From the IMG/VR virus record IMGVR_UViG_3300035181_000465, positions 1 to 29,680 of that record: DNA of 29,680 bases; one strand, given 5' to 3'. Origin of the DNA: a virus (Duplodnaviria; Caudoviricetes). Of the stretch, positions 1 through 9,074 are shown piece by piece; within the stretch, counting starts at the first letter, position 1; each line of letters opens with the position of its first letter. The notes beneath the pieces are model-generated. The model made no database searches. It was not told the DNA's origin and saw only the letters and a list, made by a program, of their open reading frames with translations. The translations under genes and the position numbers were made by a program.

Positions 1-181
1 ATGCCTGCTCCGAGCTACGAAACCAATACCCCAACGCCATGCCGAAGCTAGGGCCAAGGCCGCTGATGAAGCTCTGCACATCTAGCCGGTCATGCAGCAT
101 CGCCCACAGGAGCGCACCGACGTAGACCGCCCCTAGTGAGAGTGTTGCGACAGCGCGGAAGTTGAATAGCCCTCGGCTCAT
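1..181 (-). CDS. holin/pinholin candidate (60 aa, stop codon just outside the window)
   Basis: Not in ORF track. ATG at 181 overlaps the endolysin TGA (ATGA). Reads MSRGLFNFRAVATLSLGAVYVGALLWAMLHDRLDVQSFISGLGPSFGMALGYWFRSSEQA: two hydrophobic segments and a GYWF..SS tail typical of small holins. Confidence 0.7.
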   Translation of the reverse strand, partial: MSRGLFNFRAVATLSLGAVYVGALLWAMLHDRLDVQSFISGLGPSFGMALGYWFRSSEQA

Positions 182-666
182 CCCAAGCCTCCGATGCACA
201 TCTGATACTCGGCCTGCCTACGCTTCACAAGCCCGGGCAGTTCATGCCCACCGGCCCGCGTCCATTTGAGCAGTTCGCGGCAGGCTCCGGTATAGTCCGG
301 CGGGTGTTGCTTGAGCTTCTTCACCAGCGTTGAATTGCAGGCCGCTCCCGTGCCGACATTGTATGACCACGACACGTATGCGTCCCATTCGCCCTTAGAG
401 AGCGGAACGTCTCCGATGCACTCGGCAAGCTGTCTGGCCCGCTGATCCGCGCCGCGCTGCAAGGCAATCACGGCGCGCACGGGATCGGTTTTGTCTCCGG
501 GCTTGACCTTGCCGGAATCGGTTTGAGTTGTACCGAACCCGAGGGTCTGCACGCCCACGCCGTCGTCATAGGATTGGTCGCGGTATCCCTCGAACGAAGC
601 AATGGAGGCAACCACGGCAGCCGTAGCGCCGATGGCCTTCCATTTCGTCGTCGAGATTCGTTCCAT
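178..666 (-). CDS. SAR-type endolysin (T4-like/GH24 lysozyme)
   Basis: Start re-called at ATG 666 (TGATG overlap with upstream gene). Catalytic triad E-x8-D-x5-T (FEGYRDQSYDDGVGVQT), YNVG motif, C-terminal LPGLVKRRQAE, and a weakly hydrophobic Ala/Gly/Ser N-terminal anchor. Confidence 0.93.
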   Translation of the reverse strand: MERISTTKWKAIGATAAVVASIASFEGYRDQSYDDGVGVQTLGFGTTQTDSGKVKPGDKTDPVRAVIALQRGADQRARQLAECIGDVPLSKGEWDAYVSWSYNVGTGAACNSTLVKKLKQHPPDYTGACRELLKWTRAGGHELPGLVKRRQAEYQMCIGGLG

Positions 667-980
667 CAGAATAGACCTACACGGTGCGCGATGAACATAG
701 CTGCAACGCTGCCAGCCGCCCACAGAGCAGACTGAACCCACTCGCTTGTCTTGGCCTGCATAGGCTCGGCGACTTCTAGGGATCGCACGCGCTCATCAAT
801 CTTTTCGACGATTGACATGACACGCTCGATGGCTTGCGATGCGGCGGCTTGGCGCTCCTCTACGATGGCAAGCCGGGTCACGGCCTCGCTCATGCGCTCG
901 ATAGCCGCGCGCATGGTGTCCTGGTTTTCGCGAATGTGCTTGATGTCTCTTGAGAGCGCCGTGATCTGATCGTCGGTCAT
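666..980 (-). CDS. lysis-cassette membrane protein (coiled coil plus C-terminal TM; holin/antiholin-like)
   Basis: 104 aa with heptad N-terminus and one C-terminal hydrophobic helix; translationally coupled to the endolysin gene. Confidence 0.65.
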   Translation of the reverse strand: MTDDQITALSRDIKHIRENQDTMRAAIERMSEAVTRLAIVEERQAAASQAIERVMSIVEKIDERVRSLEVAEPMQAKTSEWVQSALWAAGSVAAMFIAHRVGLF

Positions 981-1243
981 TTATTAGCCCTATAGGATGA
1001 TGGTAGCTGCGCACCTGATAGCTCGGATTGGTAACTAAGCCAGCAGTGTTCTTTCTCGAACGGGCGGAATAGGGTGTCAATCAATGGCCTGAGAATCCGG
1101 CCAGCGATTTTCCCGTCGTGCTCCATCCTCCATGCTGCGGCGCTGATTGTCTCATCTGGCTCACCGTTGCCAAGAGTAGTGAGTACCCATAGAAACTGAT
1201 CGGCAGCGATCAAGAGGTTCAATAACCGTTTACGGAAGTCCAA
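977..1243 (-). CDS. conserved phage hypothetical protein (PDETISA motif)
   Basis: TTG start with GGAG RBS; LIAADQ..G.PDETISA..R..ID..F...HC pattern familiar from phage tail/lysis junctions; stop overlaps next start. Confidence 0.75.
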   Translation of the reverse strand: MDFRKRLLNLLIAADQFLWVLTTLGNGEPDETISAAAWRMEHDGKIAGRILRPLIDTLFRPFEKEHCWLSYQSELSGAQLPSSYRANK

Positions 1244-1298
1244 GATAGCTACTCCGATTTGCTTCTAGAAATGCTCGCGCGGCACAACGCCATCAAGG

Positions 1299-1309
1299 TG
1301 GTATAAACT
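1299..1309 (+). promoter_or_regulatory. candidate extended -10 promoter for ORF 1317
   Basis: TGgTATAAA at 1299-1307, alternatively TAAACT at 1304-1309, 7-9 nt before the ATG at 1317. Confidence 0.4.
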
Positions 1310-1316
1310 TGAGGCC

Positions 1317-1526
1317 ATGACAACAGATGAACTTGCAAGAATTGCATCCGGGTCAGTTGGCATTATCTTCTGGTCATGGCTGATTGAGAAGGCCCGCCGC
1401 TGTCTGGCCCGCCGCAGGGAGCAAGAAGGGCACACTTTTCTGTATTCCATTGGCAAGAAGGCCGGCGAATTCTGGTCGCTGTGTCGCCAGCAAGTTCAGC
1501 GCGCGCTGCGCGGCTGGCGTGTATAG
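1317..1526 (+). CDS. small antisense membrane protein, possible superinfection exclusion factor
   Basis: 69 aa, N-terminal hydrophobic stretch followed by a basic segment; own promoter-like motif; convergent with and overlapping the last ejection gene by 153 nt. Confidence 0.45.
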   Translation: MTTDELARIASGSVGIIFWSWLIEKARRCLARRREQEGHTFLYSIGKKAGEFWSLCRQQVQRALRGWRV

Positions 1527-3494
1527 CGCCGATGCGCCGATCAAACTTACAGGGATCATCGGGTTGTAAAACCCTGCGCCTAGACCAGCGCCACCAAGCA
1601 ACAGCCGGCCAGCTGTTCCAGAGTCCGGGTACTTATTCCCAAGCACCTGCTGACCAGCATTGGCAAGGTCTTGCAGCAACGCCGTGCCGCGAGCCACCGC
1701 ACGGTTGCGCACGCTGTTGTCGGCTGACTGCACACCCATGTTCAGTTGCGCAGGCGTGAAAATCCCCTCGCTGTTCTTCGCTGCTTTCGCCGCCGCCTCA
1801 ACGCGCACGAGATTTGCCCATCCTGCATCAGCTTGTTGCAGCATAGACGCCGCTTCAGGGTTTGTGCGCCGCATCTGCTGGTTGAGCAGGTTTTTCAGTT
1901 GTGACAGCGCGTCGCCAAGTTCTTGTTCGCTGGCTTGGCTAGACCGCCCATAGCGAGCGGCAAGCGTGCCCAAATCGCTATCGATGGTCTTATAGGTCTG
2001 CCCAGTCAGGACGCCTTGCGGCGACATGCGCGAAAGCAACACATCATCCAGCGTTTTCTCGAACTTGTTCGCCATGTCCGGAGTCATACTCTTGGACATG
2101 CTCGACAGTTGAGTCAAATCGTTCAGGAAGTTAGGCTCGTTGAGCGGGACACCTTTAACTTGGCTCAGCGCTTGGTCGTAGTATTGGCTGATTGCGTCTC
2201 CGGCCTGCTTGACTCCGGCCTGACCAATGTCATCTACTTGCGCTCCGACCTGCGATGCCGCTCTGTTAATCGCGGCATTGTTGAACTGCTCTACAGAGCG
2301 TCGGCGAGCCGCTGTGACCGCGTCTCCGAAAATTGGTACGCTCTGTAGCTTTTCCTCGATTCTGTTAGCCGTGCCGCCAAGCGATTGACCGATCGTAGGC
2401 TCAACGCCTTCCGCTCGCAAAGCCGCTAGATTTGGGTTTCGTGATGCCTCTGGGCTAATAATCGAAGAAAGTCCAGCGCCGATTGCTGGAACTGCCCCAC
2501 CGACAACTGCTCCGCTGATGACTTGCTTGAGCTTTTCGTCTCCGAAATCTCCCGAACTAACCGGCGTCAGTGCGCCGAATCCTGCTCCAGACAGCGCTCC
2601 AACGCCGATTTTACCGGCCAATGTTGCCGCCTGCGGGATCTTGGAAGCAGCGGCAATGTTTGCGGGGCTGAGGATATTGCCAGCCATGCGAGCCCAATCG
2701 ATACCGTTGCTACCGGCTGCTTTGCGAGCGGCTTGGTACTGCTGTTCCGAATCTCGTACTTGTTGGTCGACCCCACCAGCCGGCAGTTTCCCTACAAGGC
2801 CAGTTTTGTCGGCAAGCCAGTTGTTGAGTTGGTTCCCGGCCTGAACGATATTATCAGGAAGCACATTCGTTAGAAGCTGCGCCCCGGCATCAATGGGGTC
2901 ACGCATGCCTTTGAGAACGCGATCCGTCAGTGTCAACGGCTGCGCTGCTTGCTGATGCTGAACTGGTTTCTGCGTAGCATTAGCAGTAGGAGCTTTGCTA
3001 GCAACGTCCGCGAAGATGTCGGAGTCGTCGTTTACCTGCCGTCCGCTTCCCCCCTGTGCCGCCGATCCGCTCGGAGTGCCGAAGATGTCCGAATCATCCG
3101 GAGCGGGCTTCCCTGCATACTGCTGCGTGTCAGGGTTGCCCTGGGTGATTTTCCCGACATACCGCTGCGTCTCCGGGTATGGCGGCACACCACCATACTT
3201 GCGCACTGCTCCAGGGCCAGCGTTATAGGCGGCAAGCGCAAGCTCTGGCGTCCCAAAACTCTTGAGTTGCTGCGCTAGATACCGAACACCGCCGCGAATG
3301 TTGTCGAACGGATCGTTTGGGTTAACACCAAGGTCTTTTGCCGTCGTCGGCATGAGCTGCATGGGGCCGATTGCACCTTTCGATGAAACCGCATACGGGT
3401 TCCCGCCCGATTCCGTCTGCATAACGCGCAGGACGAGGTTAGGGTCTACGCCGTTGCGTTGCGCTTCCTGCGCGGCAAACTCAAATAGGTTCAT
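1374..3494 (-). CDS. DNA ejection protein with N-terminal lytic transglycosylase (SLT) domain (P22 gp16 position)
   Basis: SLT motifs ESGGNPYAVSSKGAIGPMQLMP and ALAAYNAGPGAV, followed by a long Ala/Gly/Gln-rich helical body; third of three large genes after the tail hub. Confidence 0.85.
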   Translation of the reverse strand: MNLFEFAAQEAQRNGVDPNLVLRVMQTESGGNPYAVSSKGAIGPMQLMPTTAKDLGVNPNDPFDNIRGGVRYLAQQLKSFGTPELALAAYNAGPGAVRKYGGVPPYPETQRYVGKITQGNPDTQQYAGKPAPDDSDIFGTPSGSAAQGGSGRQVNDDSDIFADVASKAPTANATQKPVQHQQAAQPLTLTDRVLKGMRDPIDAGAQLLTNVLPDNIVQAGNQLNNWLADKTGLVGKLPAGGVDQQVRDSEQQYQAARKAAGSNGIDWARMAGNILSPANIAAASKIPQAATLAGKIGVGALSGAGFGALTPVSSGDFGDEKLKQVISGAVVGGAVPAIGAGLSSIISPEASRNPNLAALRAEGVEPTIGQSLGGTANRIEEKLQSVPIFGDAVTAARRRSVEQFNNAAINRAASQVGAQVDDIGQAGVKQAGDAISQYYDQALSQVKGVPLNEPNFLNDLTQLSSMSKSMTPDMANKFEKTLDDVLLSRMSPQGVLTGQTYKTIDSDLGTLAARYGRSSQASEQELGDALSQLKNLLNQQMRRTNPEAASMLQQADAGWANLVRVEAAAKAAKNSEGIFTPAQLNMGVQSADNSVRNRAVARGTALLQDLANAGQQVLGNKYPDSGTAGRLLLGGAGLGAGFYNPMIPVSLIGASALYTPAAQRALNLLATQRPEFAGLLANGIQKSVPFLLPAAGQTAAGLLNQP

Positions 3495-3500
3495 GATGCG

Positions 3501-5048
3501 TCACTGCTCCGGTTGCACAAACAGCGGGTTGCGCGCAGACCATTCTTGCAGGTTGTCGAAGAAGCTCTTGCCGGTTGCAGGGTTCACGGCATCAAGTCGC
3601 CCGTATCGCTGCGCCCATTTACGCGCCATCGCAGCCGTGTCCGCTTGGCGCTGGAGTAGTTTTACCTGCATATCGACCAATTGTCGATTGCCTTGCTCCG
3701 ATTGCATAATGTTTGGGACAGAATGAACCATGAACTCGCGGTCTGCGTCAGACATTGAACCAGGGAACAAAGTATCTGGTGAGCTACGTAGCGATAATGC
3801 AAGTTCGTTTGTAAGTGCCTGCGCTGCTTCCTTGTTAGGTAGGCTTGGATCGATATTCAATTTGAGCACTTTGGCGAATCTGGAAATCTCCATTCCCAGC
3901 GGTGTTAGCTTATTGCCGTTTAATCCATCCAGCAGTGCGCCTAGTTGTTGATACTTGGCAATCTTATTCGGCGCTGTAAATCCAGACTCCTGAATCTTCT
4001 TGTATTGCTCTGCCGCAGCCTTGGCCGCCTCGTCTTGATAGGTCTTATCGCCAGGGCTTTGTGATACACCAAGGGCCGGCTGGTTCGGCGAGAATGGGGC
4101 AGAGCCTCGTGGCTGCATAGCTTGACCGCCTAGGATGGATGCGGCTTGATCGCGTGGCATCATGCGCGTGCTGCCGTCCGCCATCGGCACCTGCACTAGA
4201 TCAAGACGCGCCTTTGCGCCCTCCGTCGCCTGCGTCTCGGCGCCCTTATATGCTGCGTTGAATTCAATCGACCCTGGAATCGGGACAATATGACCGTCAT
4301 TTGTAAGTGTCGCGCCCTCTTGAACCTTGGGTGCGTATGTATATTCTCCCGTGTATGGGTTGAAATAGTGCGTGCCAGGCTCGCGTTTGACGCCCTCGAT
4401 TGAATACTTCGCCATGTCGAATAGCTCTTTTGCACCAGGAGCGCCCAAAACGCTCAACGCGGCGATTTGGTTCAGCGAAAACGGGAAAGCGCCCGGCTTG
4501 GGCTGCATTCCGCTTGGTGCTGGTTGACCAAACGGCTGGGTGCCATTGGTTGCCGCCGTTTGCTGCTGCGCAGCCGGGCTGCCGCCACCTGGCTTCGGTT
4601 GAGCCGAGAAAATATCGGTGCTTGGCGCACGCAGCCCAATGCCGCCGTCGACACTTGGAACTTGCAACCCAGGCGGCATACCGATGCGCAAGCCGGTGCC
4701 TTGCGCTTGAGCGGGTTGTTGGCCGCTAGCCTGCGGCGAGCCTTGCGCTGATTGGCCGGTCGGCACGCCGACGCCAAGCATGCCTGCGACCAAATCTTGT
4801 AGTGCTTGCTGCCGTTTTGCCTGCAAGATGGCCTGATCTGTCTGAGCCTTGAGCAAATCGCCTTTCTGCTTTTCCAGCGCCATTTGCTGCCAGGACTGAT
4901 AGCCCTGAAGCCCAGACATAATGCCAGCGCCTAAAGCCTGCCCAAGGGATACAGGCACCCGAGACGGGCCGGACGCAGACAGCAAGCCTGAAGCCGCCGA
5001 AAGAAGGCCAATCGTGCTCGGGTCATTGAAAGAGTCGAGAATTCCCAT
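3501..5048 (-). CDS. DNA ejection/internal virion protein (P22 gp20 position)
   Basis: 515 aa; N-terminal MGILD..GLL..SGPSRVPVSLGQALG segment typical of podophage ejection proteins; synteny. Confidence 0.7.
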   Translation of the reverse strand: MGILDSFNDPSTIGLLSAASGLLSASGPSRVPVSLGQALGAGIMSGLQGYQSWQQMALEKQKGDLLKAQTDQAILQAKRQQALQDLVAGMLGVGVPTGQSAQGSPQASGQQPAQAQGTGLRIGMPPGLQVPSVDGGIGLRAPSTDIFSAQPKPGGGSPAAQQQTAATNGTQPFGQPAPSGMQPKPGAFPFSLNQIAALSVLGAPGAKELFDMAKYSIEGVKREPGTHYFNPYTGEYTYAPKVQEGATLTNDGHIVPIPGSIEFNAAYKGAETQATEGAKARLDLVQVPMADGSTRMMPRDQAASILGGQAMQPRGSAPFSPNQPALGVSQSPGDKTYQDEAAKAAAEQYKKIQESGFTAPNKIAKYQQLGALLDGLNGNKLTPLGMEISRFAKVLKLNIDPSLPNKEAAQALTNELALSLRSSPDTLFPGSMSDADREFMVHSVPNIMQSEQGNRQLVDMQVKLLQRQADTAAMARKWAQRYGRLDAVNPATGKSFFDNLQEWSARNPLFVQPEQ

Positions 5049-5057
5049 AGTGTCACC

Positions 5058-6377
5058 TCAAGCAAGAAATGCCATTGCATCTATCAGGTCAGTTGCACCT
5101 AAAGGTAGTGCGGCGCTCGTTGCAGCGGCACCTGCTGCACCCGTTCCACCTAAAAGGCCGGCCTTAACCAATCCGTTATAAAGTCCCAATCCACCAAGTC
5201 CTAGACCAACGGCATTGCCTAATGGGTTTGTGAAATACGGCTGCGATGCTGTTGCAGTGCCACCCAGTCTCGCGCCGTTTTGCACGATAGACGAGTAGTT
5301 GTTTAGGTTGTTCCAGTTGTGTTGATCGGCAGCATCAAGCAACCCTAAACGTTGCTGGTAATTCTGATCCTGTAGCGCGTTTCCGATGCCAAGCGTATTT
5401 AGGCCAGTAGTCCGGTTGGCGAGTTTCTGCTGAGCCAGTTGCATCGCTTGCTGGTTCTGCTGAAGCGCCAAGTTCGCGTTAAATGTCTGCGCCGCTAGTT
5501 GGTTAGCTGAATTGCTGGTTTGCGCCGACAAATCACGACTAGCATTAGATTGCGCGTTATTAACTCCAAGGCCGGCCATGTTGTTGGCCGTGCCATACAT
5601 ATTTTGCTGCGCTTGTTGATAGGCTTGGTTGTACATATTGTTCGCAACATCGCCCATCGAATAAAGCAGGCCACGACTTGCCAAGCCTTCTGCAATCCCT
5701 TGGCGTGATCCACCATATTGCCCCGAAGCAATAGCATTGCCGCGAATACCTGGGAGGACTTGTTCATTAAATCCCTCACCCAACCGGCGAAATGCTGATT
5801 GAACAACTGGGGCCAAGGTCGAAGTATCCGCTCTGCCGGTCAGCATTTGCTGGATCGCGCCAGTAGGATTCGCTGCGCCAAGCGAAGCAAATGCCTGGGT
5901 TGGGTCTACCATCTGCGCGACAATTTTGTCGGCTCCTGGGATGTCCCCAACTTTGGAAAGACTTGGATCGAACTGACCGCTGATAGCCGCATTGCCAACG
6001 CCATAAGCACGGCCAGACTGATCCGCCCGGCCTGCAAGGTTTTTGTTTTGCTCGTCAACGATGGCCTGCTGTTCAGGCCTCCAGCCGCCGCTCTGGTATA
6101 GGCGCTGCGCTTCGGAGAAAATTCCTGGCGCACCTACGGTTTCATAATCAGACGACGGGTTACTCAGGACGTTTTTAGTTTCCCATGCGCCGGAGCCTTC
6201 CCCACCGTCCCAAAACTTGCTGCCACCTCCGGTCGGGTTCCAGACTTGCTCAGTCTTGTAAATTGGCGCAACGCCTTGCTTCAAGCGCGTGGTTTGCGAC
6301 CCAAGCAAATATGGCTGCACGCCCTCCCAGGGTTCAGACTTTTGCGTGGTCGTGGTAGGGCTATCACCTTTAGACAT
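5058..6377 (-). CDS. DNA ejection/pilot protein (P22 gp7 position)
   Basis: 439 aa Gln/Ala/Asn-rich; MSKG..TTTTQ..PW start, GQYGGSRQGIAEG motif and hydrophobic Gly-rich C-terminus. Confidence 0.7.
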   Translation of the reverse strand: MSKGDSPTTTTQKSEPWEGVQPYLLGSQTTRLKQGVAPIYKTEQVWNPTGGGSKFWDGGEGSGAWETKNVLSNPSSDYETVGAPGIFSEAQRLYQSGGWRPEQQAIVDEQNKNLAGRADQSGRAYGVGNAAISGQFDPSLSKVGDIPGADKIVAQMVDPTQAFASLGAANPTGAIQQMLTGRADTSTLAPVVQSAFRRLGEGFNEQVLPGIRGNAIASGQYGGSRQGIAEGLASRGLLYSMGDVANNMYNQAYQQAQQNMYGTANNMAGLGVNNAQSNASRDLSAQTSNSANQLAAQTFNANLALQQNQQAMQLAQQKLANRTTGLNTLGIGNALQDQNYQQRLGLLDAADQHNWNNLNNYSSIVQNGARLGGTATASQPYFTNPLGNAVGLGLGGLGLYNGLVKAGLLGGTGAAGAAATSAALPLGATDLIDAMAFLA

Positions 6378-6807
6378 GATTGATCTCCTTTGCGTAAGTC
6401 ACAACGACATCACGCCATCCAAGGCCGCTTAGGGTTGGCTTCCATCCCTTGCGCCCATGTGCTTCGATTGCCTTGCATCCATGCGCTATAGCATAGCGCG
6501 TCAACGTGTCATCGAGAGCATAAACCCAATGCGGCATATCATGGCCTGCAACGATGATCGCCGTCAAGATTTTTGCTTGCGGCCATTTCCTTATCTCGGT
6601 CACGCAAACGGCTTTTAGCTCATCGTTTTCATGCACCACCCAAAGCTGCATGTCGCGCTGCTTGATGGCGCTCAAAATATCATCGAGCGAATAGCACTCG
6701 CCGCCATGTGCCAGCGCATCTGCCACCCAGTGCGATACCCTCGGCCACCAATCGTTGGCTTCACTTGAGAGAATACCGCGCACCGTTATTTGCATTTCGT
6801 GGCTCAT
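6370..6807 (-). CDS. virion-assembly protein, GNAT-like fold (P22 gp14 position)
   Basis: Start re-called at 6807 (ATGA overlap). QLWVV..VTEI..AG..GC.AIEAHGRKGW pattern; lies just before the ejection genes. Confidence 0.7.
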   Translation of the reverse strand: MSHEMQITVRGILSSEANDWWPRVSHWVADALAHGGECYSLDDILSAIKQRDMQLWVVHENDELKAVCVTEIRKWPQAKILTAIIVAGHDMPHWVYALDDTLTRYAIAHGCKAIEAHGRKGWKPTLSGLGWRDVVVTYAKEINHV

Positions 6808-7073
6808 CCGAGAATATGCCATGCTCCATTGTAATAGGCATAGATGCCAGTGCCGCTACCAGGGTTCCACCCAACGCCGTCAGCAAGCCGAATATCGCCT
6901 TCCCTTGGCTTCGCTGGCGCGGCTGTCGTTTTGTCTAGATGACCCGATGCGAGCAACCAGATCGCCGCAGCAACCTTGCGTAGTTCTTCCTCGACGTACC
7001 GCCGGAACTGATCCGCGTCATCTGGTACGTTGGCCGGTGCGTAAAAGACGCTAGATGCGCTCGGAGTCCTCAC
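6804..7073 (-). CDS. small conserved virion/tail protein
   Basis: GTG start overlapping hub stop (GTGA); helical EELRKV segment then PAKPREGDIRLADG.GWNPGSG.GIYAYY.GAW motif. Confidence 0.65.
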   Translation of the reverse strand: MRTPSASSVFYAPANVPDDADQFRRYVEEELRKVAAAIWLLASGHLDKTTAAPAKPREGDIRLADGVGWNPGSGTGIYAYYNGAWHILG

Positions 7074-8626
7074 CACATGCCCCCGTTTTCGACATCTAGG
7101 TCATAGCTGTCGAGCCGCCATTGGTAAGCCGTTCCAGTCTCAAAACGTATCGCAATGTAGCGACCTGAGACAAGGCAGTCATCTGAAATCGTGGCTCCGA
7201 TTACGTGATCCATAACCCGGCCCCACGTAGGCTCTGCATATGGGTCATGGTTAGACCAGCCGACGCGGATTTTTACAGTTTCCCCGGCATTTCCGACGAT
7301 GCGCGGTCGAATACCTCGCACTAGTTTGATGGCTTCAGGTGCGCCGAAGGACAGTCCGCGCCGCTCAATGTATGCCTGCGGAATCGACCCGTCAAAGCTC
7401 GCTGACGAGTCCATCATGTAGAGCTTTGTATTGGCGCTCGCCATGATCGAACGCGCCGCGCTCGGAACATAGTCAGGGCCGTTCCACAGCGTCAAATCAG
7501 AATCCCACGGCGCTGAATCCTGCGCCCAGTTGCCGATTAGGCCGTTGTCCACTGGCCCAGGGGCCGCATGATTTAGGTTCGGAATCTCGCGGAAGCTCAC
7601 CGTCCGGTCTTTGTAGTTCCATACCATCGCCATGTTGCACGACGATGATCCGATTGCCGGATAGCAGACAAAAACCTCGTTGAAAAACGGGTTCTTGAAT
7701 ACAAAGCACTTGTCAGGATTATCAACGTCGATATTCTGGAACATATGCCGGCGCGTTTGCTTGTCAAGCACCGATTGCGCGCTCTGTCCATCATGGACGA
7801 TCACGTCTGATCCTGTCAGCACAACATGGAAGCCGTCAACCTCCACCACGCAGTTAGGATTCAATGCCCCGCTTGTGCCTAGCACTTTTGAGAACTGGAA
7901 CACATATGGGCCACCGATGTAGTCCATGCGCCAGCAGGAGTTCTGCTTATAGATCATGAACGAATTACGAAGCTGCAATCCGTCAACGATTGGGTCGTAG
8001 CCCTCTGCTAGATCGGCCTCGCCAGCGTCCTTTGTCGCATCCGTCTGATCCCATGTGACCGGCAATGCCCCAGGGTCAGCGGGGTGCGACCATTTGACCA
8101 TGAACGGGTAATTCTGGCCTGACTTCGTGACGTTCAGCGCCACCAGGAAATTCTTGAATGACCGGAGCGCCTTGCAGTAGGTGTTTGCCGGCCAGTTTGG
8201 TAGCTCTGAAAACTTGTTCGACGTATTCAGGCTCCAATACATCGGGCCGGTGCTGGTGTCTCCGCTGTTCAGGATCGGGACGCCAGACAAAAGCGTTCCA
8301 GTCCATTTGTTCGGGACGCCGTTCCGCGCTACCAATGGCGTGATATCTGTATGAACAGCCACGCCACCCGTGATGGTCACACAAAACACGTTGGATGCCG
8401 TGGCATAGACCCAGTACCGACCGCCGCCGACGTTACAAGGCATCACATACTGCGGCGCGAACGACGGAGAGTTATAGACCTCACCGTGCCCGTAGAACTG
8501 ATAAGCGTAGCCGTCTAGGAAGCGGATGTTTTTCGCATCCGTCCATGCATTGTTTGGAAGCTCGTGCTGGCTTAGGTCTTTGATGACGCCAACAGCACCA
8601 ACGGCTGGCACGCGAACCAGTGGCAT
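7070..8626 (-). CDS. tail hub/nozzle (stabilisation) protein (P22 gp10-like)
   Basis: 518 aa, beta-rich and aromatic; begins with G.IKDL...LP.NAWTDAKNIRF; position in podophage tail module. Confidence 0.75.
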   Translation of the reverse strand: MPLVRVPAVGAVGVIKDLSQHELPNNAWTDAKNIRFLDGYAYQFYGHGEVYNSPSFAPQYVMPCNVGGGRYWVYATASNVFCVTITGGVAVHTDITPLVARNGVPNKWTGTLLSGVPILNSGDTSTGPMYWSLNTSNKFSELPNWPANTYCKALRSFKNFLVALNVTKSGQNYPFMVKWSHPADPGALPVTWDQTDATKDAGEADLAEGYDPIVDGLQLRNSFMIYKQNSCWRMDYIGGPYVFQFSKVLGTSGALNPNCVVEVDGFHVVLTGSDVIVHDGQSAQSVLDKQTRRHMFQNIDVDNPDKCFVFKNPFFNEVFVCYPAIGSSSCNMAMVWNYKDRTVSFREIPNLNHAAPGPVDNGLIGNWAQDSAPWDSDLTLWNGPDYVPSAARSIMASANTKLYMMDSSASFDGSIPQAYIERRGLSFGAPEAIKLVRGIRPRIVGNAGETVKIRVGWSNHDPYAEPTWGRVMDHVIGATISDDCLVSGRYIAIRFETGTAYQWRLDSYDLDVENGGMW

Positions 8627-9072
8627 TACTGCATCTTCCCTTCAAGAATCTGCGCCTTGCGATCTTCAGTTAGGATTCCTTTCGCCACCAAATATCCAAG
8701 CGCATCCTGCGTCGATTGCAGGTTCAAATCCACGTAGGTCAATCGTGGGTCGCCAACAATCTCCATGAAATCGTCGATTACCGGATCACCTGCTCGCGCT
8801 GCCTTGATCGCCACCCGCTCTTGCGGCGTGAACAACAACTTGAACTCGACCGGAGAGACGCTCGGGCGCTGAACGGGCTGGCTGATAGGTTCTGTCGACG
8901 GTTCAGGCGCTGGCCGCTTCACCAATGCGCCATCTATCCAGCCGTCACCATTTTCCGATTCGTCTGGAACGTCGGTGTTGTAAAGCTCTGCAATCTCTGG
9001 CCGGTATAGCTCGTTCGGGTCGCCTGGGCAAATATCACGAATGACGCCGTTTTCGATCCATGCTTTTTTCAT
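8626..9072 (-). CDS. tail fibre-associated protein (assembly chaperone-like)
   Basis: Start re-called at MKKAWIENG (9072); C-terminal SPVEFKLLFTPQERVAI..GILTEDRKAQIL pattern common after tail fibre genes. Confidence 0.65.
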   Translation of the reverse strand: MKKAWIENGVIRDICPGDPNELYRPEIAELYNTDVPDESENGDGWIDGALVKRPAPEPSTEPISQPVQRPSVSPVEFKLLFTPQERVAIKAARAGDPVIDDFMEIVGDPRLTYVDLNLQSTQDALGYLVAKGILTEDRKAQILEGKMQ

Positions 9073-9074
9073 GC

